Shown one piece after another: positions 40,374-49,715 of a stretch of 49,715 bases of DNA. Source of the DNA: Chrysochromulina tobinii (taxonomy: Eukaryota); NCBI GenBank assembly GCA_001275005.1, contig JWZX01003341.1, positions 1-49,715 of the forward strand. Direction: 5' to 3'. The position numbers and the translations under genes are program-made. The notes beneath the pieces are model-generated. The model did no database searches. It was not told where the DNA came from and saw only the letters and a program-made list of their open reading frames with translations. Every line of letters starts with the position of its first letter. Within the stretch, counting starts at the first letter, position 1.

Positions 40374-42428
40374 CTACGCTGTCTTGGGCGGTTCCTTTGT
40401 GGCTGGCCTCGCCCGCGCTGTCTTGGGCGGCTCCATTGTGGCTGGCCTCGCCCGTGGCGGGAAGAGCCCAGCATGCGCCCTGAGGAATGCCCACGTGAGG
40501 TGGTCCTCGTGCGAGTACGCAGCGCCGCCCGTCTCGAAGAACTCACAAAATCGGCCGCAGCCTCGCGCGCCCACAGGTGGGAAGATGCGGGCAAAGGTGC
40601 CCGCATGATGAGCTTCGTCCACCAAATCGAGGAGCGCGGCTGAGCCGCTTGCGCCGCACGGGCGCGCGGCTGGCGCCTCCGCCTGCTGCTGCCGCGCCTG
40701 CCGCCGCTGCTGCTGCTGCTGCTGCGCCTGCCGCTGCTGCCTCGCGCAAAAGGCCTCGATCGCACTGCCCGCGCGCTCGCCGTACTCATGCCGCTCGTAA
40801 CCGCCGACTCCGAGAAACTCGAGGGCGTCGAGCGCGTACTTGCGCGAGAGGGGCAGCTCGTCGGAGGCGACGGCGCCATCCACGTCGACGTCCACCAGCA
40901 CAGGTCGGCCACCCTCATCAATGATCCAATCAAGGGAGAGCAGCGCCACGCGCCGATACGGCGCGATTGTGCCCGCGGCAGCGCTCGTACGCAGCCCACG
41001 CTCGTACATGGCGAGCTCACGCCAGACGGAGGCCACGACGCGCGTGGCAGCATCCTCGAGCGATGGCCACACGCGCCGCCGCCAAAAGACCTTTTGGGCG
41101 CTCTCGCCTCGATCATCGAGCGGCACGCCGCTTCTCGGGACGCCGACCAGCCCGCTCAGGAAAGCCTCGTGGTTCGTGCGGAGCACGCGATGCGCATGCG
41201 TGACGGAGCAGCGGCTTAGCGACCACAGGTGGACGCACGCATCCTTGTACGAGCTGAGCAGCTGGTCCGCGCGGTACGGCTTCGCCACGACGTGCGCCCA
41301 GGCGTCCTGCAGCATGTACACGCGCAGCGGAAGCACCGAGGGCACCACCAGCCACGTGCGCAAGATGAAGCGGTGGTGGCGCCAGAGCATGGGTGTGGTA
41401 GGCCATGGTTGCACCACCCAGAGGCCCGATGGCAGCGGATCGTTGGATGCGACGATCAAGCGCCCCTCAAACATCGAGGCGCGCTGGTGCTGCAGCGAGC
41501 GGTGGTACGTGGCTTGCTTGGCCAACCAGACCGAGCGCATCTCATCCAGTGTGATCTCCCGCCACTCAGCGAGATCTGCGAGCTCGTCCTCACCAAAGAG
41601 TGACTCGAGGCGCGACACGTCGCGCTGCGAGTGCAGCACCAGCTGGGCCGACGTGTAGTTACATGCGCGCGCCCCCCAGGTGCGCATGCATCGCTGGTGC
41701 GAGCGAGCGAGCGCGAGCGTCGTCCCGAGCGTATCGTGCTCGAGGCCCATAAGGGAGTTGACGAGCTGGCCCGCGCGCAGCCGACGGTCGTAGAACTGCA
41801 GGTTGGACGTCCACTGACCCCACAGCACATCCGCCGTCAACAAATCCGTCCGCAGCGTCGCAGCCGCCGGCTTCACCGCGCCGCCGGCCTCGTCGTAGCG
41901 ACCATCGTCAGTCTCGTCGGCGGCAGTCGCTGTGCTCGTCGTATTTTGCCCATCCAACGACTCGGCTCCAGGAGGCAGGCGCCACGGCAGCAGCAGCAGG
42001 TCGGACGAGTCGCCGCTGGTGCCGCTGCCGCGCAGGCGGCGCCCGCTCGTTCTGCTGCCGTTGCCGATGCCAGTGCTACTGCTGCTGTCGACAACCTCGA
42101 CCTCCAGACCTGCCTGATGGAAGAGGCTGATGTCCTGCGCACGCACCGACGAGACACGGGCGATGCGGCGCGTGCGCAACGAAGGCACAAACCAGGTGGC
42201 GGTACGCACGCCCAAGTCAAACAATTCCGGCGGCGGCGACGGCGGTGAAGGCACCGATGATGGTGGACGTGGCGGCAGCACTCGCGCCGCTGCCGTGGAG
42301 CGATGGGCGGTTGCGGCCGCTCGGAGTCGCCACGCATCTCCGAAGTTGAGCGCCAGCATCGCCACGAGCATAACGTACAGCGCGCGCTCGAAGCGGCGAA
42401 GCTCGGCCCGATGCGTGACGGCAGCCAT
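40374..42428 (-). CDS. Degenerate tubulin-tyrosine-ligase-like (ATP-grasp) protein with N-terminal TM anchor
   Basis: WLAK, WVVQPW..PML, RFILRTWLVVPSVLPLRVY, HLWS and LLSLDWIIDEGGRPVLVDVD follow the TTL motif order (KFDLRxY, HLTN, GxDxxxD..PWLLEVN). Hydrophobic ALYVMLVAMLALNFG lies near the N-terminus. Confidence 0.65.
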   Translation of the reverse strand: MAAVTHRAELRRFERALYVMLVAMLALNFGDAWRLRAAATAHRSTAAARVLPPRPPSSVPSPPSPPPELFDLGVRTATWFVPSLRTRRIARVSSVRAQDISLFHQAGLEVEVVDSSSSTGIGNGSRTSGRRLRGSGTSGDSSDLLLLPWRLPPGAESLDGQNTTSTATAADETDDGRYDEAGGAVKPAAATLRTDLLTADVLWGQWTSNLQFYDRRLRAGQLVNSLMGLEHDTLGTTLALARSHQRCMRTWGARACNYTSAQLVLHSQRDVSRLESLFGEDELADLAEWREITLDEMRSVWLAKQATYHRSLQHQRASMFEGRLIVASNDPLPSGLWVVQPWPTTPMLWRHHRFILRTWLVVPSVLPLRVYMLQDAWAHVVAKPYRADQLLSSYKDACVHLWSLSRCSVTHAHRVLRTNHEAFLSGLVGVPRSGVPLDDRGESAQKVFWRRRVWPSLEDAATRVVASVWRELAMYERGLRTSAAAGTIAPYRRVALLSLDWIIDEGGRPVLVDVDVDGAVASDELPLSRKYALDALEFLGVGGYERHEYGERAGSAIEAFCARQQRQAQQQQQQRRQARQQQAEAPAARPCGASGSAALLDLVDEAHHAGTFARIFPPVGARGCGRFCEFFETGGAAYSHEDHLTWAFLRAHAGLFPPRARPATMEPPKTARARPATKEPPKTA

Positions 42429-42549
42429 TGTGCTCGAGATGGCGCTCGTTGCCTGCAAGAGCTCTAGCGCCCGGGGAATTTTGGTAGGTTATCATAGTGA
42501 TCATTGTTCACACTCCGCCGACCCAGCTCCATGAGTTTCGTTGGTGATT

Positions 42550-42570
42550 TTTGCCGCGCTTTGCGGCAAA
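42550..42570. promoter_or_regulatory. Inverted pair of E2F-like sites (TTTGCCGC-N5-GCGGCAAA) directly upstream of FEN1
   Basis: Both half sites match TTTSSCGC and lie in the 143-bp divergent intergenic region. Confidence 0.3.
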
Positions 42571-42571
42571 T

Positions 42572-43871
42572 ATGGGCATCCAAGGGCTCACCAAGTGCGC
42601 ACCGAGGCCCTCTCACACTCCCCGCACGCGCGGCACAGACGCACACATTTTTTGCCCAAAATTCGCTACTCATCCTTGGCCGGCTCGCCTGATCCCCGTG
42701 CAGGCTCATTTCCGACAATGCGCCGGGCGCCATCAAGGAGGGCACCGTCGACAAGTACTTCAATCGCAAGATTGCCATCGACGCGTCGATGAGCATCTAC
42801 CAGTTCCTGATCGCCGTGCGGAGCATGGATGCAGCGGGTGGCGGCAGCATGCAGCTCACCAACGACGCGGGCGAGGTCACGTCGCACCTGACGGGTATGC
42901 TTTACCGCACGATCAAGATGCTCGAGGCGGGCATCAAGCCGGTATTCGTCTTCGACGGCAAGGCGCCGACGATGAAGGGCGGTGAGCTTGCCAAGCGCAA
43001 GGAGCGCCAGAAGGCCGCTGAGGACGAGCTCGCCAAGCTGCAGCAGGAGGGCTCGGGTGCGACGGCCGAGGACATCGAGCGGCAGCAGAAGCGGCTGGTG
43101 CGCGCGTCGCGCGAGCAGTCTGAGGAGGTGAAGCAGCTGCTGAGGCTGATGGGCGTGCCCGTGCTCGATGCACCGTGCGAGGCCGAGGCCACCTGCGCCG
43201 CGCTCGCCAAGGCGGGCAAGGTCTTCGCAACCGGCACCGAGGATGCGGACGCGCTCACTTTTGGCACGCCCATCCTTCTCCGGCACTTGAACGCAGCCGA
43301 GTCGCGCAAGCTGCCGATCGTGGAGGTGAACTTGGAGGCGGCGCTCGCCGGGCTGCATCTCACGCACGCCCAGTTCATCGACCTGTGTATCCTGTGCGGC
43401 TGCGACTACACCGACTCGATCAAGGGCATCGGGCCCGTAACAGCACTCAAGCTCGTGCGCGAGCATGGCTCCATCGAGGAGATCCTCAAGAAGCTGGACA
43501 AGGACAAGTACACGCTGCCTGAGCCCTTCCCATTCGCGGAGGCGCGCCAGCTCTTCGTGCAGCCCGACGTGATCGACGTCGAAGCGCCCGAGTGCGACTT
43601 CAAGTGGACCGACTGCGACGCCGACGGGCTGCGCAAGTACCTCGTCGAAGAGAAGCAGTTTGGCGAGGAGCGCATCAACAAGGCCATCGAGCGCCTGCAA
43701 AAGTGCCGCGGCAAGTCGAGCCAAGGGCGCCTGGACACCTTCTTCAAGGTGCTCGCCCCGACGCCCAAGACGGACGCGGGCAAGGGCAAGCAGATGCCCG
43801 TGGTCGGGAAGGGCAAGCACAAAATGGGGGCGGCCTCGTCGTCCAACGCCGCCAAGAAGATGAAGAAGTGA
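42572..43871 (+). CDS. FEN1: Flap endonuclease 1; exons 42572-42594 and 42704-43871
   Basis: Spliced MGIQGLTKLISDNAP...RKIAIDASMSIYQFLIAVR; TSHL.GM.YRT, PVFVFDG, APCEAEATCA, TEDADALTFG, FIDLCILCGCDY, GIGP; PIP box QGRLDTFF. Confidence 0.97.
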
Positions 43872-43879
43872 GTCGCGCG

Positions 43880-43956
43880 CACTCGCAGCCGCCATCACTC
43901 GCAGCCGCCATCACTCGCAGCCGCCATCACTCGCAGCCGCCATCACTCGCAGCCGC
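43880..43956 (+). repeat. 16-bp tandem repeat (cactcgcagccgccat) x~5 just 3' of FEN1
   Basis: Directly visible. Confidence 0.92.
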
Positions 43957-44217
43957 CGACCGGCGAGAAGATTACGAGAAGATGGGACACATGATTCGAC
44001 CAGGGCAGAGGCTGCACCACACGGGCCCGGGCGCGCGCTGCTTCACAGCGGTGACCAGTGAGCGGTCCACGACTGTAAGCGGATTCCGTGTCCGGAGTTG
44101 CAGTTCCATTCGGTCGAGGTCACTGGTCCCCGGGGGCGCGGGGCGTGCTGACCGCAGTTTACATGTATCTGGCAACTGCCGCGGTTCTGGTCCGACTGGT
44201 GTATGCGACGTCGTAGC

Positions 44218-44276
44218 TCACAGCCAATGGTTTAATTCGGCACCCAAGACACCGGACCGGCGTAGCTACTCGAAAA
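44218..44276 (+). repeat. Dispersed intergenic repeat, copy 2 (condensed homolog of 12001-12130)
   Basis: Collinear shared blocks with copy 1. Confidence 0.7.
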
Positions 44277-44862
44277 ATACCCAGTCGCCTCACAGTCGTG
44301 GTTCCGATGCGTAGCTGAACGGCACGACCACGTGAAATTTGTGGCGTCAACTCACGTACTTGTCCTGTATACTGGCAGTATTTTACTCTCTGACAGTCGC
44401 TATTAACCATCACGTCTCATGATTAGGGGCTGCGCGGCCCCACGAATCGAGTGAACGCGTCAACGTGACTGTGTGAGCGGCGGAGGAACCGCGTAAAAAC
44501 ATAACGACGAGCTTGATAAACCGGCAGTGCGAGCGGCAGTAGGGGTTGGAGTTGGTCAAGCTGGGTATACGCCTCTGAAGAAGCCTCTCACGCATCTCTC
44601 GACGCCGACGCAGAGCTCCGGGATGTCCTGATCCAGAACGCCGCCCATCATTAGCCATTTCTAAACCACCATTTTGCGAAGAACTCGAGCAGAGAATCTC
44701 GCGGCGTTGGCGGCGACATTGACGGCGGCGGCGGCGGCGGCGGCGAGGAATCCTGCCTTGCCGCCGCGCTTCTGCGCGGAGGGCATTTCGACCGCGCGGC
44801 CCTAGCGCGGCCCAGGTCGACCTCAGACAAATCGTCCGCCAGCTCTTCCTCCATGAGCCCAA

Positions 44863-45918
44863 CTAACTCAGGAGTTCGTCATCGTTAGCATCGTCCTCGT
44901 CGATGCTATGCAGCATCAGAGCCGATAAGAGCCCAAACTCGTCGACCTCCTCCGCCGACATTGCTTGGATTGCTCGGATTGCGCTACGTGCGACACACGA
45001 AAGGATGCCGACACCCGGGACGTTGATGTCGACGCTCCCATCCGCGTGCAGCAGCGCCACGGTGCAACCCCTGAAACGATCATAGGTCACCTGAGTGCCG
45101 ACGGCGAGAGTTGGCTCAGCTGAAGCGCGATGACGCGATGGCACCAGAGTCCTTGGCGTCCTCTGATGGAGAGTGGGCCGCCGTCCCCGAGCCAGTCCCA
45201 GTAACTGTTCCAGGGTATCCTGCGCTGAGTGCACCGTCGCCCAGGTGGCCTCCTCGGCCGCTGTCTGCCGCACCCACCTCGGCCACGCTGTGATAGTGTC
45301 CGCAAACCAGCCGCAGTTTGGGCACGCGTTACTCACTGGCGCCCTCCCGGGCGCCCGCACTTCGCCGTGGTGCATCGTCAGATCATTACAGCTCCCTGCG
45401 GTGAGCTCAACGGGCCCGTAGTGGCAGCGCGCGCACATGCGAGCGTTGGGCATGAGCAGCGCGAGCTCGGAACCCTCCTGGACGACCTGATCCACCTTGA
45501 GCGCGATGGGGAGCAACGCCCTCCCCTCGGAGTACTCGGCAAAGGTAAGTTCGCTCACGTTCAACGCGATCAAGCGGTCGCTAAATGGCGCCGCGCCACA
45601 CCCGTGGCCGCGGAGCGGGCAAGAGCAGGCGCCGCGGAGGAAGGCGAGTGTGGCACCGTCTTCACTGATCTGCGCCGTTTCTGCCTTCGCCGGCAGGTAG
45701 TCTGTCTCCCGAAGCTTCTTCACGTTCGTGAGAATGTACTTGTCGAGGCACACTTGGCAGATCGGGTGGCCCTCATCGCATTGAATGAGCGCAACACTGT
45801 CCTCGCTCTCCGAGCAGACGCACTCCGGCCGAGAGCAGATCAAGCACGCCCGCTTCGGATTTTCGGCGTTCTCGTCGCAACCACAGGTCTGGGTGCTTGC
45901 TGAACCCATCGCTCCCAT
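44863..45918 (-). CDS. Cys/His-rich RING1 + Rcat-like (RBR-related) putative E3 ligase
   Basis: CLIC...C..GHPIC..C...CP....C is RING-HC-like, followed by CARCHYGPV.....CNDL..HHGE...NACPNCGW. First plausible ATG at 45918. Confidence 0.6.
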   Translation of the reverse strand: MGAMGSASTQTCGCDENAENPKRACLICSRPECVCSESEDSVALIQCDEGHPICQVCLDKYILTNVKKLRETDYLPAKAETAQISEDGATLAFLRGACSCPLRGHGCGAAPFSDRLIALNVSELTFAEYSEGRALLPIALKVDQVVQEGSELALLMPNARMCARCHYGPVELTAGSCNDLTMHHGEVRAPGRAPVSNACPNCGWFADTITAWPRWVRQTAAEEATWATVHSAQDTLEQLLGLARGRRPTLHQRTPRTLVPSRHRASAEPTLAVGTQVTYDRFRGCTVALLHADGSVDINVPGVGILSCVARSAIRAIQAMSAEEVDEFGLLSALMLHSIDEDDANDDELLS

Positions 45919-46240
45919 CGAGCGAGTAGGACAGCATCCGTCCTCTGTGTGCTCGGGTTTTCGGTGGTTTCGACGATCCTTCACGCAGTGAGCAACGAGA
46001 CAGCGTACATGTATGAGTGAGTGTGAGCGAGCGAGTGTGTGAGTGTGAGCATGTATGTGTAAAACGGGAGTGTCAAGTTGAAACGGGTCGACACAGTACT
46101 GCAGCGCTGTGTGAGAAGTTAGAGGGGTTTTAGGGACAACCAAGAAGATCTGGGGTCTGGGCGACGTTCGAACGCGTCGTCTTGAGCTTGGGACGCTCGC
46201 TTTTCTCAGTAGGCCCGAGCACTGGTTGAGGCACCGAAAC

Positions 46241-48895
46241 ATGGAAATCGATCGACTCCCGCTCATGTGGCACCTCGAGCTGGCAGATGCCAGTCTCGCT
46301 CAAAATAGGCTTCCGTCCCACATTCTACTTCAGCCTGGATCCACCGTGACCATTGGTCGCGAAGGTGACGACGTAATCTGCCTGGATCCTGTCGTCGCTG
46401 ACACTCCAGTTTGGGCATTGAACCTCATCTCTCGGCGGCACGCGAGCATTGCCTTGGGCGCCGCCGGGCCGCCGGTGCTGACAGACTTCAGCATGAATGG
46501 CTGCGAAGTTGACGGGAAGGGGGTTGATAAAAATGTGGCTGTGCCACTCACGGATGGCAGCACCATTCTCTTTGGCGCGCGTGGCCAACCGGGCTGCACC
46601 AAAAAGAGGAAGAAGTGGGTCGAGCGGCACTTCAAGTACGTCGTTCGTCTTGGTGCGCCACCTGGTGATATCAACTTGCCGATTCGGCAATGGCTCGAGA
46701 CCATCCATCTTTCATTCGGCAATCTGTACGGCGCTGCGCTCAAAGACGCGGGCTACGATCAACTCTCGTTCATCGACGGCGATGACGAGTTGTTCGACAA
46801 CATGATGAAGACGCTTCGGGACTCGACCGGGAACAGGCTTCCACACTATAAGATGATAGAGAAGGCAGCGCGAAAGGCCCTGGGCCTTCCCCCTGGGCCG
46901 AGCCAGCCTTATGCCGCGCCTGAGCCTGCGCCGCACCAGCCTTCCTCAGGCACTACCACGGCCTCGCAACCCGTTGCCTCAGCTGCCGTACCCGAGCCCG
47001 CCCATGCGCCTCCTGATGGGCTGGCTGCTGTCACGCCGACGGCTAGCGCTTTGAAGTCCACCTCACCCGACCTTGCAAACGCCATGCCGGCAGCTTCCCA
47101 CATGGCAGCAGATTCGCTGGGTGAAGGGGCGGCTGGGGGGCTTACGGAGGGGGAGGAGGGGGAGGAGGAGGCGAGCGATGTGGAGATGGATGCGGCGCCG
47201 GCGGAGTCGTCGCCGACCATCGATGACGCCGCACCGCCCGCCCCTGCCTTGCATGCAAGTGCTCATCACAGCGCGGGTTGGCAGCCGACCATTGACGACG
47301 TCGCACCGCCCGCCGAGACTTTCACATCGCCAACCGTACACCCGAGCTCTTCAGCGGGAAGTGCACCAAACGTCCTCGCCGCCGCAGCAGCCACGGCAGC
47401 GGCAGCGGCACTCAAAGTGGCGGAGGAGCGGGCGGCTGCGAGGGAGAGGGCGGCCGCCACAGCGGCTGGCCGCATGACTCTCGACGCCAAGACCGCCACG
47501 GCAGCAACGGCGGCAGCAACAGCTTCGGCGGCGGCGGCGGCTTCAGCAGGAGAAGAGCCGGCCGCCGCCCAAGCGCCGCCTCCTGCATACGCTCCCGCCG
47601 CAGCTTCCGCCTCCGCCCCCGCCCCCGCCAGTGCCGTCAGGCCGGCTTCAGGTTACCATGTTTCGGTCGTGGCGGGATCAGACAGCGATGATGATGAACT
47701 GCCACTTAACGGCAGCCGCAAGCGGCCACGCACATGCCCCTCACCGCCTGCGCAGATCGCCGCCTCGGCTCCCACACGCACCCCCACCGCATCGATGAGT
47801 CAGGCTGGGCAATGCCATGAAGAGATACCCGGCAGCGGCGAGCCTACGCCGGATGGGGAAGAGGAGGCGGGCGAGGAGTCTGACGAGGATGACTCGTCAT
47901 CCTCAGAGTCATCCTCGGAGGATGACGTGCCATTGGCAAAGTTGTTGGCAAAGCCCACCGACGCGAAGGGCAACGTGATCTACGAAAATCCTCCGTCGCC
48001 GCCAACTGGAGTCTCCGGACCTCCTCCTCCTCCGCCGTCATTGGACTTGGAGAGCCTCTCAAACCGCGACTTGAAGGAGCTCATCGCGAGGGCTGGGCTG
48101 GACACCACCGGGTGCATCGACAAGGCCGATTTGATCCAGCGCGCTCGCGAGGCAATTGCGAAGAGCTCTTCAGCGGGAAGTGCACCACCGTCAGCAGGAG
48201 AAGAGCCGGCCGCCGCCCAAGCGCCGCCTCCTGCATGCGCTCCCGCCGCAGCCTCCGCCCCCGCCCCCGCCACATCTTCGTCGGAGTCGGCGGCCGTCGA
48301 TGAAATTATTGGTTCGCGCGCCGATCCTTGCAAATCGCTAGGTGTGGCCGTCGATGCGACAGATGCGGATATCAAAAAGGCATTTCTCAACCGGTGCTTG
48401 CAGGTGCACCCAGACAAGTGTCAGCATCCGTCCGCCACAGTCGCCTTCCAGGTTATCAACGACGCCTTCGATGACCTAAGCGACGCGAGCAAGCGAGCTG
48501 CCCTCGACCAGGCGCGCTCGGGCCAACAGCACCTCGTCATGCTGACGCAGGATGCGTGCCGCTACAAAGTGAACGTCCTCAAGGCAGTGCTCTCGTCCAA
48601 TCGCCAGCTAACCTCGGGCAACAAGAGCGGACTCGCCGACCGGCTGGCGCGCTTCGTCTATGCTCGCGCTCAGAACAACGTCGTTGCGGCCGTCGCGACG
48701 CTTCGCAGGGAGTGCGACCAGCAGGCGCAGCGGCAAGTTCAGGCGCAGCAGCAGGCGCAGCAGCAGGCACAGCAGCAGGCGCAGCAGCAGGCGCAGCAGC
48801 AGGCGCAGCAGCAGGCGCAGCAGCCGGCGCAGCACACCTTGTGGACTCGCAAAGCTGGATTTCCCGAGTTCTGGAACCCTCCTTTTTTTCTCTAA
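46241..48895 (+). CDS. FHA - SAM-like - low-complexity - SAP-like - J-domain - SAP - polyQ/A protein
   Basis: FHA: VTIGR...ISRRHA...D.SMNG..V. SAM-like: IRQWLETIHL...YGAALKDAGYD. SAP-like: LSNRDLKELIARAGLDTTGCIDKADLI. J-domain: LGV...DIKKAF...VHPDK..A..AFQ.IN.AF. SAP: KVNVLKAVL......SGNKSGLADRL. Confidence 0.8.
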   Translation: MEIDRLPLMWHLELADASLAQNRLPSHILLQPGSTVTIGREGDDVICLDPVVADTPVWALNLISRRHASIALGAAGPPVLTDFSMNGCEVDGKGVDKNVAVPLTDGSTILFGARGQPGCTKKRKKWVERHFKYVVRLGAPPGDINLPIRQWLETIHLSFGNLYGAALKDAGYDQLSFIDGDDELFDNMMKTLRDSTGNRLPHYKMIEKAARKALGLPPGPSQPYAAPEPAPHQPSSGTTTASQPVASAAVPEPAHAPPDGLAAVTPTASALKSTSPDLANAMPAASHMAADSLGEGAAGGLTEGEEGEEEASDVEMDAAPAESSPTIDDAAPPAPALHASAHHSAGWQPTIDDVAPPAETFTSPTVHPSSSAGSAPNVLAAAAATAAAAALKVAEERAAARERAAATAAGRMTLDAKTATAATAAATASAAAAASAGEEPAAAQAPPPAYAPAAASASAPAPASAVRPASGYHVSVVAGSDSDDDELPLNGSRKRPRTCPSPPAQIAASAPTRTPTASMSQAGQCHEEIPGSGEPTPDGEEEAGEESDEDDSSSSESSSEDDVPLAKLLAKPTDAKGNVIYENPPSPPTGVSGPPPPPPSLDLESLSNRDLKELIARAGLDTTGCIDKADLIQRAREAIAKSSSAGSAPPSAGEEPAAAQAPPPACAPAAASAPAPATSSSESAAVDEIIGSRADPCKSLGVAVDATDADIKKAFLNRCLQVHPDKCQHPSATVAFQVINDAFDDLSDASKRAALDQARSGQQHLVMLTQDACRYKVNVLKAVLSSNRQLTSGNKSGLADRLARFVYARAQNNVVAAVATLRRECDQQAQRQVQAQQQAQQQAQQQAQQQAQQQAQQQAQQPAQHTLWTRKAGFPEFWNPPFFL
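48720..48833 (+). repeat. Coding (gcagcagcaggc)n repeat encoding QQQA
   Basis: Directly visible. Confidence 0.9.
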
Positions 48896-49453
48896 GGGGC
48901 GGAACGCTTTTTGAGCGCGTCGCTGCCGGGCTCGCTGGCGGCTTCAGACGCGCTCGGATCGGCCCGTTCGGGCTTCGAGGCGACGCCCGTGGTCGATGCC
49001 GACCACGGCAAGAGCGAATCGCACCGACGGCGACGCCGAGGCCGGTGCTGCGGAGGCGGAAAAGTGCAAGAAGGCGCGGGTCACCCTGCCGATGCTCTCC
49101 GTGCTGCAGACGGTGCTTCAACACGCTGCCGAGGCGCTCGCCGACAAGACCAAGGAGCTCACCGACGTGCTCGGCTCGATCAACAACGATCAGCTCGTCG
49201 CAGAACCGGATGTGTGGCTGCAGCCCCACCCGCAGCGCACGGCGCGCAGGACAGCAGATGGCTCCAGGACAGCGCAGATAGCGTCGCATGGGCGGCTCAC
49301 GGCATGCCGGAGTCGCCTCATGAGATATCCCGACCGGGCTGATGATCGGAGAGCATCACTCTTCTTGCGTAGGGGAGCACTGTGCATACTCGCGTGTGTC
49401 GTACAGGGCATCTTGTGTTCATTATGTAGGTTTCCGTACTGCAGTGTGCGTCA

Positions 49454-49715
49454 TATGTCGACCACTCTGTGTTGTATGTCTCCATATAGTCCCTAGACTC
49501 GATCTATGGCCCTCCAGCTATGTGCTGTCTCGCGATCCTTGGAGATGTGCATCAAAATACGGCTTCGGCTCGAATATCGACCCGTCAACCATTTGGCCAC
49601 ACAGCTCCACAATTGGCCGCCCAATTCGAGCTTCAAAACACCTTCTCTCGCCTGTTCTCGGTAGTGTGTATCTTATAGAGTGGTGTGCGATCCTAAGATG
49701 AAGAGTGGTCGACAT
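49454..49715. mobile_element. Putative MITE with terminal inverted repeats and probable TA target-site duplication
   Basis: atgtcgaccactct (49455-49468) is the exact reverse complement of agagtggtcgacat (49702-49715). TA lies at 49454-49455, the interior has lower GC, and the right flank is cut by the window end. Confidence 0.6.

Noticed and set aside
44205..44290. tRNA-like start (gtagctca...)
   Set aside because: No TpsiC (GTTCRA) arm or acceptor stem; better explained as the dispersed repeat copy.
10636..48500. Three J-domain genes in one window as a functional cluster
   Set aside because: They have unrelated architectures, lie 11-25 kb apart, and J-domains are abundant in eukaryotic genomes.
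1..49715. Hundreds of overlapping Arg/Ala/Pro-rich ORFs in the six-frame track (e.g. 24770-26503 minus, 42666-43898 minus)
   Set aside because: These are shadow frames of real GC3-rich genes. They lack recognisable motifs, and stops are rare at this GC content.

Overview
This window is GC-rich, gene-dense eukaryotic nuclear DNA, not prokaryotic. It has short GT-AG spliceosomal introns, usually with (g/t)gcag acceptors, that restore reading frames exactly. It also has nuclear genes for mitochondrial proteins (Tim8, an SLC25 carrier, complex I B14.5b), proteins with signal-peptide-led complex-plastid presequences, and flagellar/basal-body genes. A haptophyte-like alga (e.g. Chrysochromulina type) is inferred but cannot be confirmed here. 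About 23 protein-coding genes are supported, mostly in head-to-head pairs; most other ORFs in the track are GC-driven shadow ORFs. Recognisable genes include NAMPT, FEN1, TIM8, CYB5D1, an NDUFC2-like subunit, a DnaJ protein, a histidine phosphatase, a mitochondrial carrier and a Trx-like 2Fe-2S ferredoxin. Four proteins stand out: (1) a ~3,089-aa protein joining a TRAFAC GTPase, a long helical region, a J-domain, a SecA-like SF2 ATPase and a vWA domain; (2) an OPR/RAP-like helical-repeat array fused to a complete RsmC-type RNA m2G methyltransferase; (3) a myristoylated cNMP-GRAM-cNMP-RGS-GRK-like kinase; (4) a RINGv-TM-DUF179 fusion. Non-coding features include a 590-bp structured insertion bounded by 18-bp direct repeats, a putative TA-flanked MITE at the window end, a dispersed intergenic repeat, and introns built from tandem repeats containing branch-point-like motifs and duplicated splice sites. 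No rRNA, tRNA or CRISPR array was seen. All domain calls are by-eye motif recognition, not database searches.
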